From NCBI GenBank assembly GCA_963733055.1, contig CAVTBR010000001.1:1088001-1152000 (forward strand): DNA of 64,000 nt, given 5' to 3'. The position numbers and the translations under genes were made by a program. The stretch comes from Candidatus Bathyarchaeota archaeon. Lineage in GTDB: Archaea; Thermoproteota; Bathyarchaeia; 40CM-2-53-6. Below are positions 1 to 9,104 of the stretch, in pieces. Position 1 is the stretch's first letter; each line of letters starts with the position of its first letter. The notes beneath the pieces are model-generated. The model was given only the letters and a program-made list of their open reading frames with translations, made no database searches and was not told where the DNA came from.

Positions 1-2
1 AA

Positions 3-80
3 GGGACCCACGAAGTCTGGGACAAATTCGTCGCAGCACTCGAAAGAGATTACGCGCGCAAGAAAATTCGACAGAAATAA
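3..80 (+). CDS. 3' end of a gene truncated by the window edge (GTHEVWDKFVAALERDYARKKIRQK*)
   Basis: Open, protein-like reading frame ending at TAA 78-80. Confidence 0.35.
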   Translation, partial: GTHEVWDKFVAALERDYARKKIRQK

Positions 81-111
81 GCATCCACTTAGCAAAAGGT
101 CGACTCGAACT

Positions 112-177
112 CACCACGTAGACTTCATTAAGGATCCAGACGGGAATTTCATTGAGCTGTACGATCAACCCGAATAA
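112..177 (+). pseudogene. C-terminal fragment of a VOC/glyoxalase-family gene
   Basis: Translates HHVDFIKDPDGNFIELYDQPE*, the typical VOC F-x-DPDGN-x-IEL motif. The frame is open to the window start, but the upstream part does not look protein-like. Confidence 0.5.
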
Positions 178-745
178 TCTCCCCGATGGTCCGACTCCGG
201 ACCACTACTAATTCGGCTTGCAGAATCTAATTTTCGAATTGTTTAGTCATTTCAAAGAACGGGACCATCAAGAGTAAAGTCAGTTATATAGGCCGCTTGC
301 GCATTGTCCGCAACGCTAGTTGGGCGATTCTTTGCACCACGTCAATTGTTCAGAATGCGGATGCCTATTCCTTGCGGGGTCCGATGGGGATACCATCTGC
401 CTCACCTGCACCTCATTTCTTGGAGCGCAAACCTGGAGACGCTCAACCTAGATCAAGGTCTCAATTATCCTCGACGAGCCAAAGTTTCCATAAACTGCTT
501 GACTCGCGGCCGTCCTGCGGCGCAAAAGCCGGCGCTGAATAGCGATGCTCGCGCAGTCGACTTAACCTAGGTGGAGAATGCGTCCTCCGCATCTAGCACA
601 GGTCGGGACGATACTCTTGCCATCTGTCTGAGGAAGGTTCCCGTCACAGGTGCAAATTGAACGTCCTTTGCCCTCTCGTACAATCAGAACATCACGTTCC
701 TTCAATCGGGGCGTAACTGTGTCCAAGGTGGGCGTTACTTCGAGT

Positions 746-775
746 ATTATAAGAAACTCCGCATTATAAGAAACT
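746..775. repeat. 13-bp direct repeat ATTATAAGAAACT x2
   Basis: Identical copies at 746-758 and 763-775, each with a TATA-like TTATAA. Confidence 0.75.
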
Positions 776-1082
776 TTGGAATACGCGAATAGTAGTTGTG
801 CACATGACTTCGACTGTCGACTTGCTCACGATCAGATTTCAGTGAACCAGCGCAATTTCGGTGGTTCTCGTGTCATGGGTGGCTTTGGCGGTTGCCCACT
901 CGCCGCCTCCATGCCCCTTTCGAAAGACTCCTTATCTCGCCAGAGCGACAAATCCACCATCGCACTCGATCCTTCCTCTCGTAACACGAACACGTTTCAA
1001 AGTTCGACGGATGCACTTTGGCGGTGTTACATTTTAGTCAGTTAGGGAAAGAAAGTATAGTGGGCGGCCTGATTTCGATGAA

Positions 1083-1397
1083 TCATTCTTTGCTCCATGA
1101 GTGACCGCATTTTGTGCAGGTGAATCTCTCCATTGCTCTCTCCTGCCGGACGCCTGCGTGTTCGCCCGAGATGAAGCCTAGGCTGTGGAATGCTTCGTTG
1201 TTGCCGCATATTGGGCACGGTTCGTTGACTTTCATGTATTCTAGCTTCGAAGTGTCTAGAATTTCAGTTGGCCTATCGGCGGCCTTAATTTTCATCACAT
1301 CAACGATCTCAGCCTTCATCTGGTTGCCGCACTTCGAACAAACATAACCTTCCTTGGTCATCGTCATGTAACCTCCGCACTTATCGCAGAATTTCAT
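1083..1397 (-). CDS. tfs: Transcription factor S (TFS/RpoM)-family paralog with an atypical catalytic loop
   Basis: MKFCDKCG..CSKCG and CPICGNNEAF..RFTCTKCGHSW zinc ribbons. The QTRSADE loop is replaced by ISGEHAGVRQE. Start probably ATG 1397. Confidence 0.85.
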   Translation of the reverse strand: MKFCDKCGGYMTMTKEGYVCSKCGNQMKAEIVDVMKIKAADRPTEILDTSKLEYMKVNEPCPICGNNEAFHSLGFISGEHAGVRQERAMERFTCTKCGHSWSKE

Positions 1398-1525
1398 TTC
1401 ATGTTTCACTCCGACAAATCGGTTTTCTTCTCGGTCTCAGTTCTTAGACAGAGCTTGCTCCGCACTTGATGTGAGAGAATGTTCGAAGTAGGTGCTTGTG
1501 AATCATGCAGGCGCCGTAAATGGGT

Positions 1526-1765
1526 TTACCGGTGCCGGCTCAATTTGTGATCGGTTTCCGAGGACACGACCTTAGGCGAGGCTGGTCTCTCGCCGATTAT
1601 CAGTGATATCCCAATTATAGAGACGGCGATGGAAACGAAAGCAATCATCAGGGCTGTGGGATCCACGTCGGATTTCTGGACGGAAAATGAAATGAAGCAT
1701 CCAAGCAGCCCGATAGTCGTCATTGTCGCTCCTACGGAGGTTTGCAATTTGAGGTGAGCGAACAT
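1526..1765 (-). CDS. Small 2-TM membrane protein
   Basis: Two hydrophobic stretches. Confidence 0.5.
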   Translation of the reverse strand: MFAHLKLQTSVGATMTTIGLLGCFISFSVQKSDVDPTALMIAFVSIAVSIIGISLIIGERPASPKVVSSETDHKLSRHR

Positions 1766-1790
1766 TCCTTTGTAACCGTATTTATGATGT

Positions 1791-2330
1791 TCAGTCAGCC
1801 ATTTTTCCTTTACCTTTCGGTTTTCGCAGTTTTCCCGGTTTCACTATTAGCGCTAGGCCGATGACGAGGAAGAAGAGGATGATTCCGAGCCAGGGGATCC
1901 AGGGGGCGATCGCTGGGATGACCGTTATGGTCAAGGGAGTTGACACTGTCAAGTTGCCTAAGCTTGCTATGATGTTCGCTGTGAAGTTTTGCGGCGCAGC
2001 TGCCGGTGTAGCTTCAACAATTAATTGCGTACTCGTTTCGGGTTGCTGTATCTGGGTGCACTGTGGAAGGAAGGTGAGAGTGAACCCAGAGTCGGGAAAG
2101 CCTTGTTCCCCAAAACAGACTAGCCCCGACATGCCAACGCTGGTAAGGGTGAGGTTTATCGTCGCCTTATCCCCCACTTTGATTACAGCCGCTGAAGGGT
2201 TGTCTGACAAGCTAAGCTGTGACCCGGCGGCATGAACGAAGGATGTTCCGTTGGGCGTTAGGGGATAATTTAGTAGAAGTGTAACGCAGACGGTCAAGAG
2301 GCAAACGCGCAAACTAGAGCGGAAGGACAT
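1791..2330 (-). CDS. Secreted Ig-like domain protein with C-terminal TM anchor
   Basis: Signal peptide, beta-rich Thr/Ser domain, C-terminal TM followed by a Lys-rich tail. Confidence 0.75.
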   Translation of the reverse strand: MSFRSSLRVCLLTVCVTLLLNYPLTPNGTSFVHAAGSQLSLSDNPSAAVIKVGDKATINLTLTSVGMSGLVCFGEQGFPDSGFTLTFLPQCTQIQQPETSTQLIVEATPAAAPQNFTANIIASLGNLTVSTPLTITVIPAIAPWIPWLGIILFFLVIGLALIVKPGKLRKPKGKGKMAD

Positions 2331-2398
2331 GGTTGCGCATGGACGTGCGAAACCAAATAACTCTTGGTTGGCAGGCCGTGATACCGAGGATGCTAGCG

Positions 2399-2559
2399 TG
2401 AGAGCATATTTTTGTACGCTGTAGAACTATACATGAGTGTATCACAGGGTAATACCGTAATGCCGCGCCGACGTGAGTGTGTGTGCACCCATGGCCCGGT
2501 GTGTGTACACTCAGAAGAGATGATACAGGATCATGAGGGCACATTTTTGTACGCTGTAG
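2399..2559 (+). promoter_or_regulatory. Duplicated 26-bp element upstream of the trp operon, flanking a 16-bp hairpin
   Basis: TGAGAGCATATTTTTGTACGCTGTAG (2399-2424) and TGAGGGCACATTTTTGTACGCTGTAG (2534-2559) match at 24/26. Hairpin at 2474-2513. Confidence 0.75.
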
Positions 2560-2560
2560 C

Positions 2561-2568
2561 TTTAAATA
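2561..2568 (+). promoter_or_regulatory. Probable TATA box of the trp operon
   Basis: TTTAAATA immediately after the second repeat, about 50 nt upstream of the uORF/trpE start region. Confidence 0.6.
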
Positions 2569-2616
2569 ACGTATCAGTGTCACAGATGGCACAACCGTTG
2601 GATTAGTGACTGCAAA

Positions 2617-2670
2617 ATGAGGAATAGCCTTTGGGCACGGCGTTCAAACAGTCACACAAACAGACCATAG
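2617..2670 (+). CDS. Putative Trp-containing leader peptide (MRNSLWARRSNSHTNRP)
   Basis: ATG 2617 to TAG 2670 with TGG as codon 6; overlaps the open trpE frame. Confidence 0.35.
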   Translation: MRNSLWARRSNSHTNRP

Positions 2671-2671
2671 G

Positions 2672-4021
2672 CTGAAGCTCCAAAAGTTCCCGTATTCAAG
2701 AAACCCGCTCGAAACATTTCTCGCCCTCAGCACTCAAAACGACTACTGCTATCTCTTAGAATCCGCAGAAGGGCCAAGGAAACTCGCGCAATACTCATTC
2801 ATAGGTTTCTCACCTTGGAAGATTGTTGAGTTAAAGAATCGAAAATATGCCGAATCCTCTCCGACCGACAATCATTCAGAGTTTGACACTTCCGATCCGT
2901 TTCTGGCACTTCGCAGAGTTCTGGCCCAGAATTTCACAACCTATCGTGGCCTACGATTCGTTGGTGGACTCGTGGGGTACTTTTCGTATGATGCGGTACG
3001 CTACCTCGAAGCCTTACCTAAACCTCCGAAAGACGATACGGCTCTACCGGATTTCGAATTTGGAGTCTACGACGACGGAATCGTCTTCGATCACATAACC
3101 GACCAAGCGTACTACTACTGGTACAATAACAACAGAATACGAGAGGTCGAACGTTTCCGGAACCAGAAACCCGGAACAAAGAGTTTGGTCGCGAACAAAC
3201 TTCGAACAAATGTGACCCAAGAAGACTTCGAAGCCATGGTCAGAAAAGCGAAACGTTACATCAAATCCGGAGACATTTTCCAAACCGTATTGTCCAAACG
3301 GTTCGAATTCTCATTCAAAGGAGACCTCGTCGAGTTTTACCAAGCCCTGAGAGAAATCAATCCCTCCCCCTACATGTACTTCCTAAAAATGAAGGAACGG
3401 ACAATTGTCGGTTCAAGCCCGGAAATGCTAGGAAGGGTCGAGGGGAAACGTGCCGACACGTTCCCTATCGCCGGAACATGTCCCGTCGGCAAGAACCGAA
3501 ACGAAGATCAGCGTTTAGCAAAAGAACTGCTCAACGATCCCAAGGAGCGGGCGGAACACGTTATGCTTATCGACTTGGCTAGAAACGACCTAGGAAAGGT
3601 AAGTGAATTCGGTACCGTTACGGTTCCAGAATTCATGACCGTTCAAAAATATAGTCACGTGCAGCACATTGTTTCACGAGTATCAAGCCAACTAAGGCCC
3701 GACTGCGATGCTGTGGATACGTTCAAAGCTATCTTTCCAGCCGGAACAGTTTCTGGAGCGCCGAAGAAGAGGGCGATGGAGATCATTGATGAATTGGAAC
3801 CGTGCCGAAGAGGACCGTATGCAGGAGCCGTAGGATACTTCTCATACAATGGCAACGCTGATTTCGCCATAACGATTCGGACGCTGGTCGCTAATGGGAA
3901 TAGGGCGTTCATTCAGGCTGGTGCGGGTATAGTTGCGGATTCTGATCCCACACGTGAATGGTTTGAGACTGAGCAGAAGGCTAATGCGCTCTTGCACGCG
4001 TTGGGGCTTAGAGGGGTTTGA
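2672..4021 (+). CDS. trpE: Anthranilate synthase component I (start uncertain: CTG 2672, or a frameshift from 2617/2631)
   Basis: YLLESAEG..YSFIG, GGLVGYFSYD, NPSPYMY, GSSPE, PIAGT, KERAEHVMLIDLARND, AGAGIVADS. Homology extends about 100 codons upstream of the ORF-track start at 2972; the frame is open back to TGA 2618. Confidence 0.95.
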   Translation: MKLQKFPYSRNPLETFLALSTQNDYCYLLESAEGPRKLAQYSFIGFSPWKIVELKNRKYAESSPTDNHSEFDTSDPFLALRRVLAQNFTTYRGLRFVGGLVGYFSYDAVRYLEALPKPPKDDTALPDFEFGVYDDGIVFDHITDQAYYYWYNNNRIREVERFRNQKPGTKSLVANKLRTNVTQEDFEAMVRKAKRYIKSGDIFQTVLSKRFEFSFKGDLVEFYQALREINPSPYMYFLKMKERTIVGSSPEMLGRVEGKRADTFPIAGTCPVGKNRNEDQRLAKELLNDPKERAEHVMLIDLARNDLGKVSEFGTVTVPEFMTVQKYSHVQHIVSRVSSQLRPDCDAVDTFKAIFPAGTVSGAPKKRAMEIIDELEPCRRGPYAGAVGYFSYNGNADFAITIRTLVANGNRAFIQAGAGIVADSDPTREWFETEQKANALLHALGLRGV

Positions 4022-4022
4022 A

Positions 4023-4604
4023 GTGAAAGTTCTGATCATCGACAACTTCGACTCGTTTGTTTACAATCTTGCGCAGTACGTGGGGCAGCTTGGAGCGGAA
4101 CCGTTGATCCGCAGAAACAACGCAATCACAACCCGGGATGTCACAGACATGAACCCCGACCGCATAATCATCTCACCCGGCCCTGGCAGACCAGACGACC
4201 GGAAATATTTCGGCGTTTGCTTAAACGTCCTCAGGGAGATTAGCCCCCATACGCCAACTCTCGGAGTATGCTTAGGGCATCAAGGTGTAGCCTACGCCTT
4301 CGGCGGGTCGATCGTTCCGGCTAAGCGCCTAGTGCACGGGAAAACGAGTCGGATTCAACATGAGAGTGATGGTTTGTTCGAGGGCGTAGAGAACCCGCTT
4401 CAAGCCACTAGATACCATTCGTTAGTCTGTCGTAGACGCGATTTACCGAAGTGTCTGGTGGAGACGGCGACATCAATGGATGATAATGTAATCATGGGGT
4501 TGCGTCACAGGAAGTATCCCATATACGGAGTGCAATTCCACCCAGAATCCATCCTCACCTCGGAAGGTATGAAGATAATGAAGAATTTCCTAGACGGTGT
4601 ATGA
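4023..4604 (+). CDS. trpG: Anthranilate synthase component II (glutamine amidotransferase)
   Basis: IDNFDSFVYNL, SPGPG, GVCLGHQ, RYHSL, QFHPES; start GTG 4023. Confidence 0.97.
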   Translation: MKVLIIDNFDSFVYNLAQYVGQLGAEPLIRRNNAITTRDVTDMNPDRIIISPGPGRPDDRKYFGVCLNVLREISPHTPTLGVCLGHQGVAYAFGGSIVPAKRLVHGKTSRIQHESDGLFEGVENPLQATRYHSLVCRRRDLPKCLVETATSMDDNVIMGLRHRKYPIYGVQFHPESILTSEGMKIMKNFLDGV

Positions 4605-5668
4605 ACATGATCAAAGACGCCATCCACATCCTCATCGACCGCAAAGAACTCCCACTCGAAGTAGCCCGGGAATCGATGCGAGAAATCATGAGCGGAGAAG
4701 CAACACCTGCCCAAGTCGGTGCATTCCTAACCGCCCTAAGGCTGAAAGGAGAAACCGTTGAAGAGATAACTGCTTTCGCGTTGGTTATGCGCGAGAACGC
4801 CGTCAGAATAAACCCACACGTCAACGGTAGAACGGTAGACACATGCGGCACGGGCGGCGATCAAATCAAAACATTCAATGTCAGCACCACAGCGGCGCTC
4901 GTGGCGGCAGGTTCTGGGATAACGATCGCAAAACACGGCAACCGTTCCGTCACGAGCAAATGCGGCAGCGCAGATGTTCTTGAAGCCGTCGGAGTCAACT
5001 TAAACACTTCACCTCCCCTCGTACAGCGCGCGATTGAACAGGTTGGAATTGGGTTCATGTTCGCACCCGCGTTCCATCCAGCGATGAAAAACGCGATCAT
5101 CCCAAGACGAGAGATCGGCATAAGGACCGTCTTCAACATACTCGGCCCCCTGACAAACCCCGCCAACGCTAACGCCCAGGTTCTAGGCGTCTACGACTCA
5201 AACCTGATCGAGCCTCTGGCAAAAGTATTGCAGAAACTTGGGACGGAGGAAGCGCTGGTTGTACATGGGATGGATGGGCTTGATGAGATCTCAACCATTG
5301 GAAAGACGAGGTTCGCTTGGGTCAAGGATGGAGAGATAACTACGAAGGAGATTACACCTCAAGACCTGAACTTGAGACAAGCGAAACCCACCGAGATCTC
5401 CGGATTTGATGTCGCTCAAAGCGCGAGGCTAATGGTTAAAATCCTGAGCGGTAGCGAAGAACAGAGCTCAAGTCGACTTCAAATGGTGCTTGTCAATGCC
5501 GCAGCTGCGATCTTAGTCGGCGGAAAGACGAAAGACTTAGTCTCAGGAATCGATTCGGCCCGTCAGTCAATCACTAGCGGACACGCGTACGAGAAGCTGA
5601 AGGCACTGGTAGAATTCACACACGGCGACGAAACCAAGCTTGAAAGGATTGAATCGCAGAATGCCTGA
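4601..5668 (+). CDS. trpD: Anthranilate phosphoribosyltransferase
   Basis: DTCGTGGD, FNVST, KHGNRSVTSKCGSADVLE, RTVFNILGPLTNP, GLDEIS. Confidence 0.97.
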   Translation: MNMIKDAIHILIDRKELPLEVARESMREIMSGEATPAQVGAFLTALRLKGETVEEITAFALVMRENAVRINPHVNGRTVDTCGTGGDQIKTFNVSTTAALVAAGSGITIAKHGNRSVTSKCGSADVLEAVGVNLNTSPPLVQRAIEQVGIGFMFAPAFHPAMKNAIIPRREIGIRTVFNILGPLTNPANANAQVLGVYDSNLIEPLAKVLQKLGTEEALVVHGMDGLDEISTIGKTRFAWVKDGEITTKEITPQDLNLRQAKPTEISGFDVAQSARLMVKILSGSEEQSSSRLQMVLVNAAAAILVGGKTKDLVSGIDSARQSITSGHAYEKLKALVEFTHGDETKLERIESQNA

Positions 5669-6437
5669 CTTCCTCGCCAAACTCATCGAGGACGCCAAGA
5701 AGAGAATTCAGGACGGGTACTACGACATCCAGGAAGAGGTCTCTCATGGACCGGCCAGCCTCATGCGGGCCATCAAATCCGCCCAGAGGAACGCAATCAT
5801 AGCTGAGATCAAACCAATTTCTCCAGCACGTGGGCTCTTGCGTCCCGAAATTGACCCCGTTCGAGCCGCCAAACAAATGGAGGCCGGTGGGGCGGTAGCC
5901 CTTTCGGTATTGACCGAACCAAACAATTTCGGCGGCAGCTTGGGAAACCTTCGGCATGTTCGAGAAAATGTGGAACTGCCCCTGCTGATGAAGGACATAA
6001 TCATTCACGAGAAACAGGTCGAAGCCGGCAGGAAAACCGGCGCAGATAGTATTCTGCTCATTGAATCGGCTTTCTCAAACTACCCTCTCGCATCGTTAAG
6101 CAGAATGATTCGTTGCGCACACGATTCTCAGCTTGAGGTACTCCTTGAAGTGCACAATGGAGACGAACTAACGCGCGCTCTGGACAGTGAAGCCGACATA
6201 GTAGGATTGAACAACAGAGACCTCTCGACCCTCAAAACTGACCTTACAACGACTACACGGCTGATAGCCGGGGCAAGCCGGGATACTGATAAGGTCCTGA
6301 TCAGCGAAAGCGGCTTCGAATCAGCCGAGGACATACGAAAGGTGAAGACGGCAAGAGTCGACGGGTATCTGATAGGATCATCGATAATGCTGTCCGACGA
6401 TTTAGAACGCAAAGTACGAGAGTTCGTACTCGCTTAG
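5661..6437 (+). CDS. trpC: Indole-3-glycerol phosphate synthase
   Basis: IIAEIKPISP, LSVLTE, LLMKDII, LLEVH, GLNNRDL, SESG; start ATG 5661. Confidence 0.96.
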   Translation: MPDFLAKLIEDAKKRIQDGYYDIQEEVSHGPASLMRAIKSAQRNAIIAEIKPISPARGLLRPEIDPVRAAKQMEAGGAVALSVLTEPNNFGGSLGNLRHVRENVELPLLMKDIIIHEKQVEAGRKTGADSILLIESAFSNYPLASLSRMIRCAHDSQLEVLLEVHNGDELTRALDSEADIVGLNNRDLSTLKTDLTTTTRLIAGASRDTDKVLISESGFESAEDIRKVKTARVDGYLIGSSIMLSDDLERKVREFVLA

Positions 6438-6447
6438 GGGGCTCAAA

Positions 6448-7090
6448 ATGCGGGTTAAGATTTGCGGACTGACGGTTAAGTGATGTGAACGCCGCCTTGA
6501 ATGCGGGAGCGGACGCTGTGGGTTTTGTAGTTGAAAGTCCTTCATCACCGCGAAACCTGCCGTTAACCAAAGCACAAAAACTGATGAAGGCGGTCCGAGT
6601 GTTCTCGACAAAAGCAGCGGTAACTTCAGCCCACGACCCAAGGGAAATTGTTGCGATATGTTCGAAGCTGAAACCCGACGCTCTGCAGCTGCACTATTAC
6701 ACGCCACAACTCGTTCAAATGCTTAGGAAGAAACATCCTGCCACTCGCCTCATCTTAGCTACAGCAGTTCGGGACGAGTTATCATTGAAGCAAGCGAAGA
6801 GTGCGTCGAAGTATTCGGACGCGATCCTCGCGGACTCACTAAGCTCCTCAGGAATGGGAGGGACAGGTATAGCCCACGACTGGAGGCTATCAGCTCGGAT
6901 TAGAAATGCAATCCATCCTCAACCATTGATCTTAGCGGGAGGGTTAACACCGAACAATGTTGAAACCGCTATCGAGACTGTGAGACCTTTCGCGGTAGAT
7001 GTTTCGAGCGGTGTTGAGATGACGGTTGGAGTAAAGGATCACAGTAAGATCAAGGAGTTTATCATGAAAGCAAAGGAGAGTTCGTCTTAA
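6448..7090 (+). CDS. trpF: Phosphoribosylanthranilate isomerase, frameshifted near codon 9-11
   Basis: ATG 6448 gives MRVKICGLT and stops at TGA 6481. The +1 frame continues [45 protein letters not shown]. Confidence 0.93.
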
Positions 7091-8286
7091 TGGCCCAGTA
7101 TTCGTGGCCTGTCGCGGGAAAATTCGGCAAGTACGGTGGCCGTTATGTACCAGAGACGTTGATGAGCGCGCTCATCAATTTGGAGCGAGAATACCTACGA
7201 TTAAAGGACGATCTAGACTTTAGAACTCAACTCGAGTTTTATCTGAGAGAATTCGTTGGGCGCCCGACACCGCTCTACTACGCGGCTAACCTAACTCGAA
7301 AGGCGAATGGGGCAAAAATCTACATTAAACGCGAAGACTTAGCTCACGGAGGAGCTCACAAAATCAACAACACGATAGGCCAAGCCCTTCTCGCCAAGAG
7401 TATGGGAAAGAAAAGGATCATCGCCGAAACCGGAGCGGGACAACACGGAGTCGCGAGCGCTATCGCCTGCGCCGCGCTCGGGTTGAAGTGCGAGGTTTAC
7501 ATGGGTTCTGAGGATGTGGAACGCCAGAAGCTGAATGTTTTTCGAATGAACCTACTGGGCACGGAGGTACACCCAGTTCGCTCCGGTTCTAAGACCCTCA
7601 AGGATGCGATCAACGAATCTTTCCGAGACTGGGTCGCAAACGTAGAGACCACCTACTACCTCCTTGGCTCAGTGGTGGGCCCGCACCCGTATCCAATGAT
7701 GGTGAGAGATTTCCAGAGCATTATTGGACGGGAGATCAAGGATCAAATTCTCCGCATTGAGGGACGACTACCTGACGCCGTCGTAGCCTGTGTTGGAGGA
7801 GGAAGTAACTCGATGGGTGCGTTCTACCCATTCATCAGTGACGAGTCTGTTGGACTATTTGGAGTTGAGGCGGGTGGATTGGGACTTGAAACCGGGAAAC
7901 ACGCCGCGACGCTATGCGCGGGTGATGAGGGTGTCTTCCACGGGATGTTGACTTATGTTCTCCAAGACGCTGAGGGACAGATTCAGCCCACGCACAGTAT
8001 CTCGGCTGGCCTAGATTATCCAGGAGTTGGTCCGGAACATGCCTACTTGAAGGCCAGTGGGAGAGCCACGTACACTTCGGTTACTGATGAACAGGCATTG
8101 GAGGGGTTCATGGAGTTGAGCAAGGTAGAGGGCATCATTCCCGCCCTGGAACCCGCCCATGCGGTCCATTATGCAATCGGTTTAGCATCAACGATGTCTC
8201 AAGACCAGATTGTGGTGATTAACCTTTCAGGGCGCGGCGACAAGGACGTTAACGTTGTCGCAAAGAAGTTAGGTGTGAAAATATGA
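7090..8286 (+). CDS. trpB: Tryptophan synthase beta chain (TrpB1 type)
   Basis: [52 protein letters not shown]. Confidence 0.98.
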   Translation: MAQYSWPVAGKFGKYGGRYVPETLMSALINLEREYLRLKDDLDFRTQLEFYLREFVGRPTPLYYAANLTRKANGAKIYIKREDLAHGGAHKINNTIGQALLAKSMGKKRIIAETGAGQHGVASAIACAALGLKCEVYMGSEDVERQKLNVFRMNLLGTEVHPVRSGSKTLKDAINESFRDWVANVETTYYLLGSVVGPHPYPMMVRDFQSIIGREIKDQILRIEGRLPDAVVACVGGGSNSMGAFYPFISDESVGLFGVEAGGLGLETGKHAATLCAGDEGVFHGMLTYVLQDAEGQIQPTHSISAGLDYPGVGPEHAYLKASGRATYTSVTDEQALEGFMELSKVEGIIPALEPAHAVHYAIGLASTMSQDQIVVINLSGRGDKDVNVVAKKLGVKI

Positions 8287-9104
8287 CCGAGATCTCAGAA
8301 ACATTCCTTGAACTAAAGGAAAGACGGGAGGCTGCTCTAATCGCCTACCTAACCGTCGGAGATCCACAGCTAAAATACACAAAAAACCTCGCCGCCGCTC
8401 TAATCGAAGGTGGAGCGGATTTAATTGAACTCGGAATTCCGTTTTCTGATCCGATCGCTGATGGGCCGACGATACAAGGAGCGGTTACACGTTCACTCAG
8501 GCATGGAGCCAAGCCGTTAGACGCACTCTATGTCGCCAAAACGATAAGGGAACAATACAACGACGTTCCCATAGTGCTGATGACGTACTTCAACCCAATC
8601 TTCAGGGTTGGATTAGAGAAATTTCTGGCTCAGTCAAAGGATGCGGGAATCTCCGGAATTATAGTGCCCGACCTTCCCGTAGAGGAGTCAGCTGATTACA
8701 AGAAGCAGTGCGCCGCGATCGGTGTTGATACCATTTTCCTCGCGGCACCTTCAACCGATCCGCCTAGGCTCAAGAAAATTCTGGATCAAACTTCAGGCTA
8801 CCTATACTTAATCTCACTTTACGGCGTAACTGGCGTCAGAGCCAACATCTCCGACGACGCGGTCAAACTAGTCAGGAGGTTCAGTTCCATGGTTGGAGGT
8901 TCGGTTCCTGTTGCCGTTGGTTTCGGAATCTCGAAGGCAGGCCACGTCAAAGCGTTGGTTGACGCAGGGGCGGATGGAGTGATTGTGGGCAGCGCGTTTG
9001 TGAAGTTGATTGGGGCGAATTCGCGAAATGTGACTCGGGCAGCGTCGAAGTTGAAGGGTCTAGCTCGGGAACTGAAGAAAGCGACTACGAATGCATCTCA
9101 TTAG
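8283..9104 (+). CDS. trpA: Tryptophan synthase alpha chain
   Basis: [41 protein letters not shown]. Confidence 0.98.
   Translation: MTEISETFLELKERREAALIAYLTVGDPQLKYTKNLAAALIEGGADLIELGIPFSDPIADGPTIQGAVTRSLRHGAKPLDALYVAKTIREQYNDVPIVLMTYFNPIFRVGLEKFLAQSKDAGISGIIVPDLPVEESADYKKQCAAIGVDTIFLAAPSTDPPRLKKILDQTSGYLYLISLYGVTGVRANISDDAVKLVRRFSSMVGGSVPVAVGFGISKAGHVKALVDAGADGVIVGSAFVKLIGANSRNVTRAASKLKGLARELKKATTNASH

Noticed and set aside
628-645. GAGGAAGGTTCC as the RNase P RNA P4 motif
   Set aside because: Spacing does not fit GAGGAANNUC and no matching 3' P4 strand was found
297-1045. ORFs 297-542, 304-570 and 776-1045
   Set aside because: No recognisable motifs, atypical composition, and the first two overlap each other
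2314-2606. ORFs 2314-2592 (-) and 2412-2606 (+) with internal peptide repeats
   Set aside because: The peptide repeat only mirrors the 26-bp DNA repeat of the trp regulatory region
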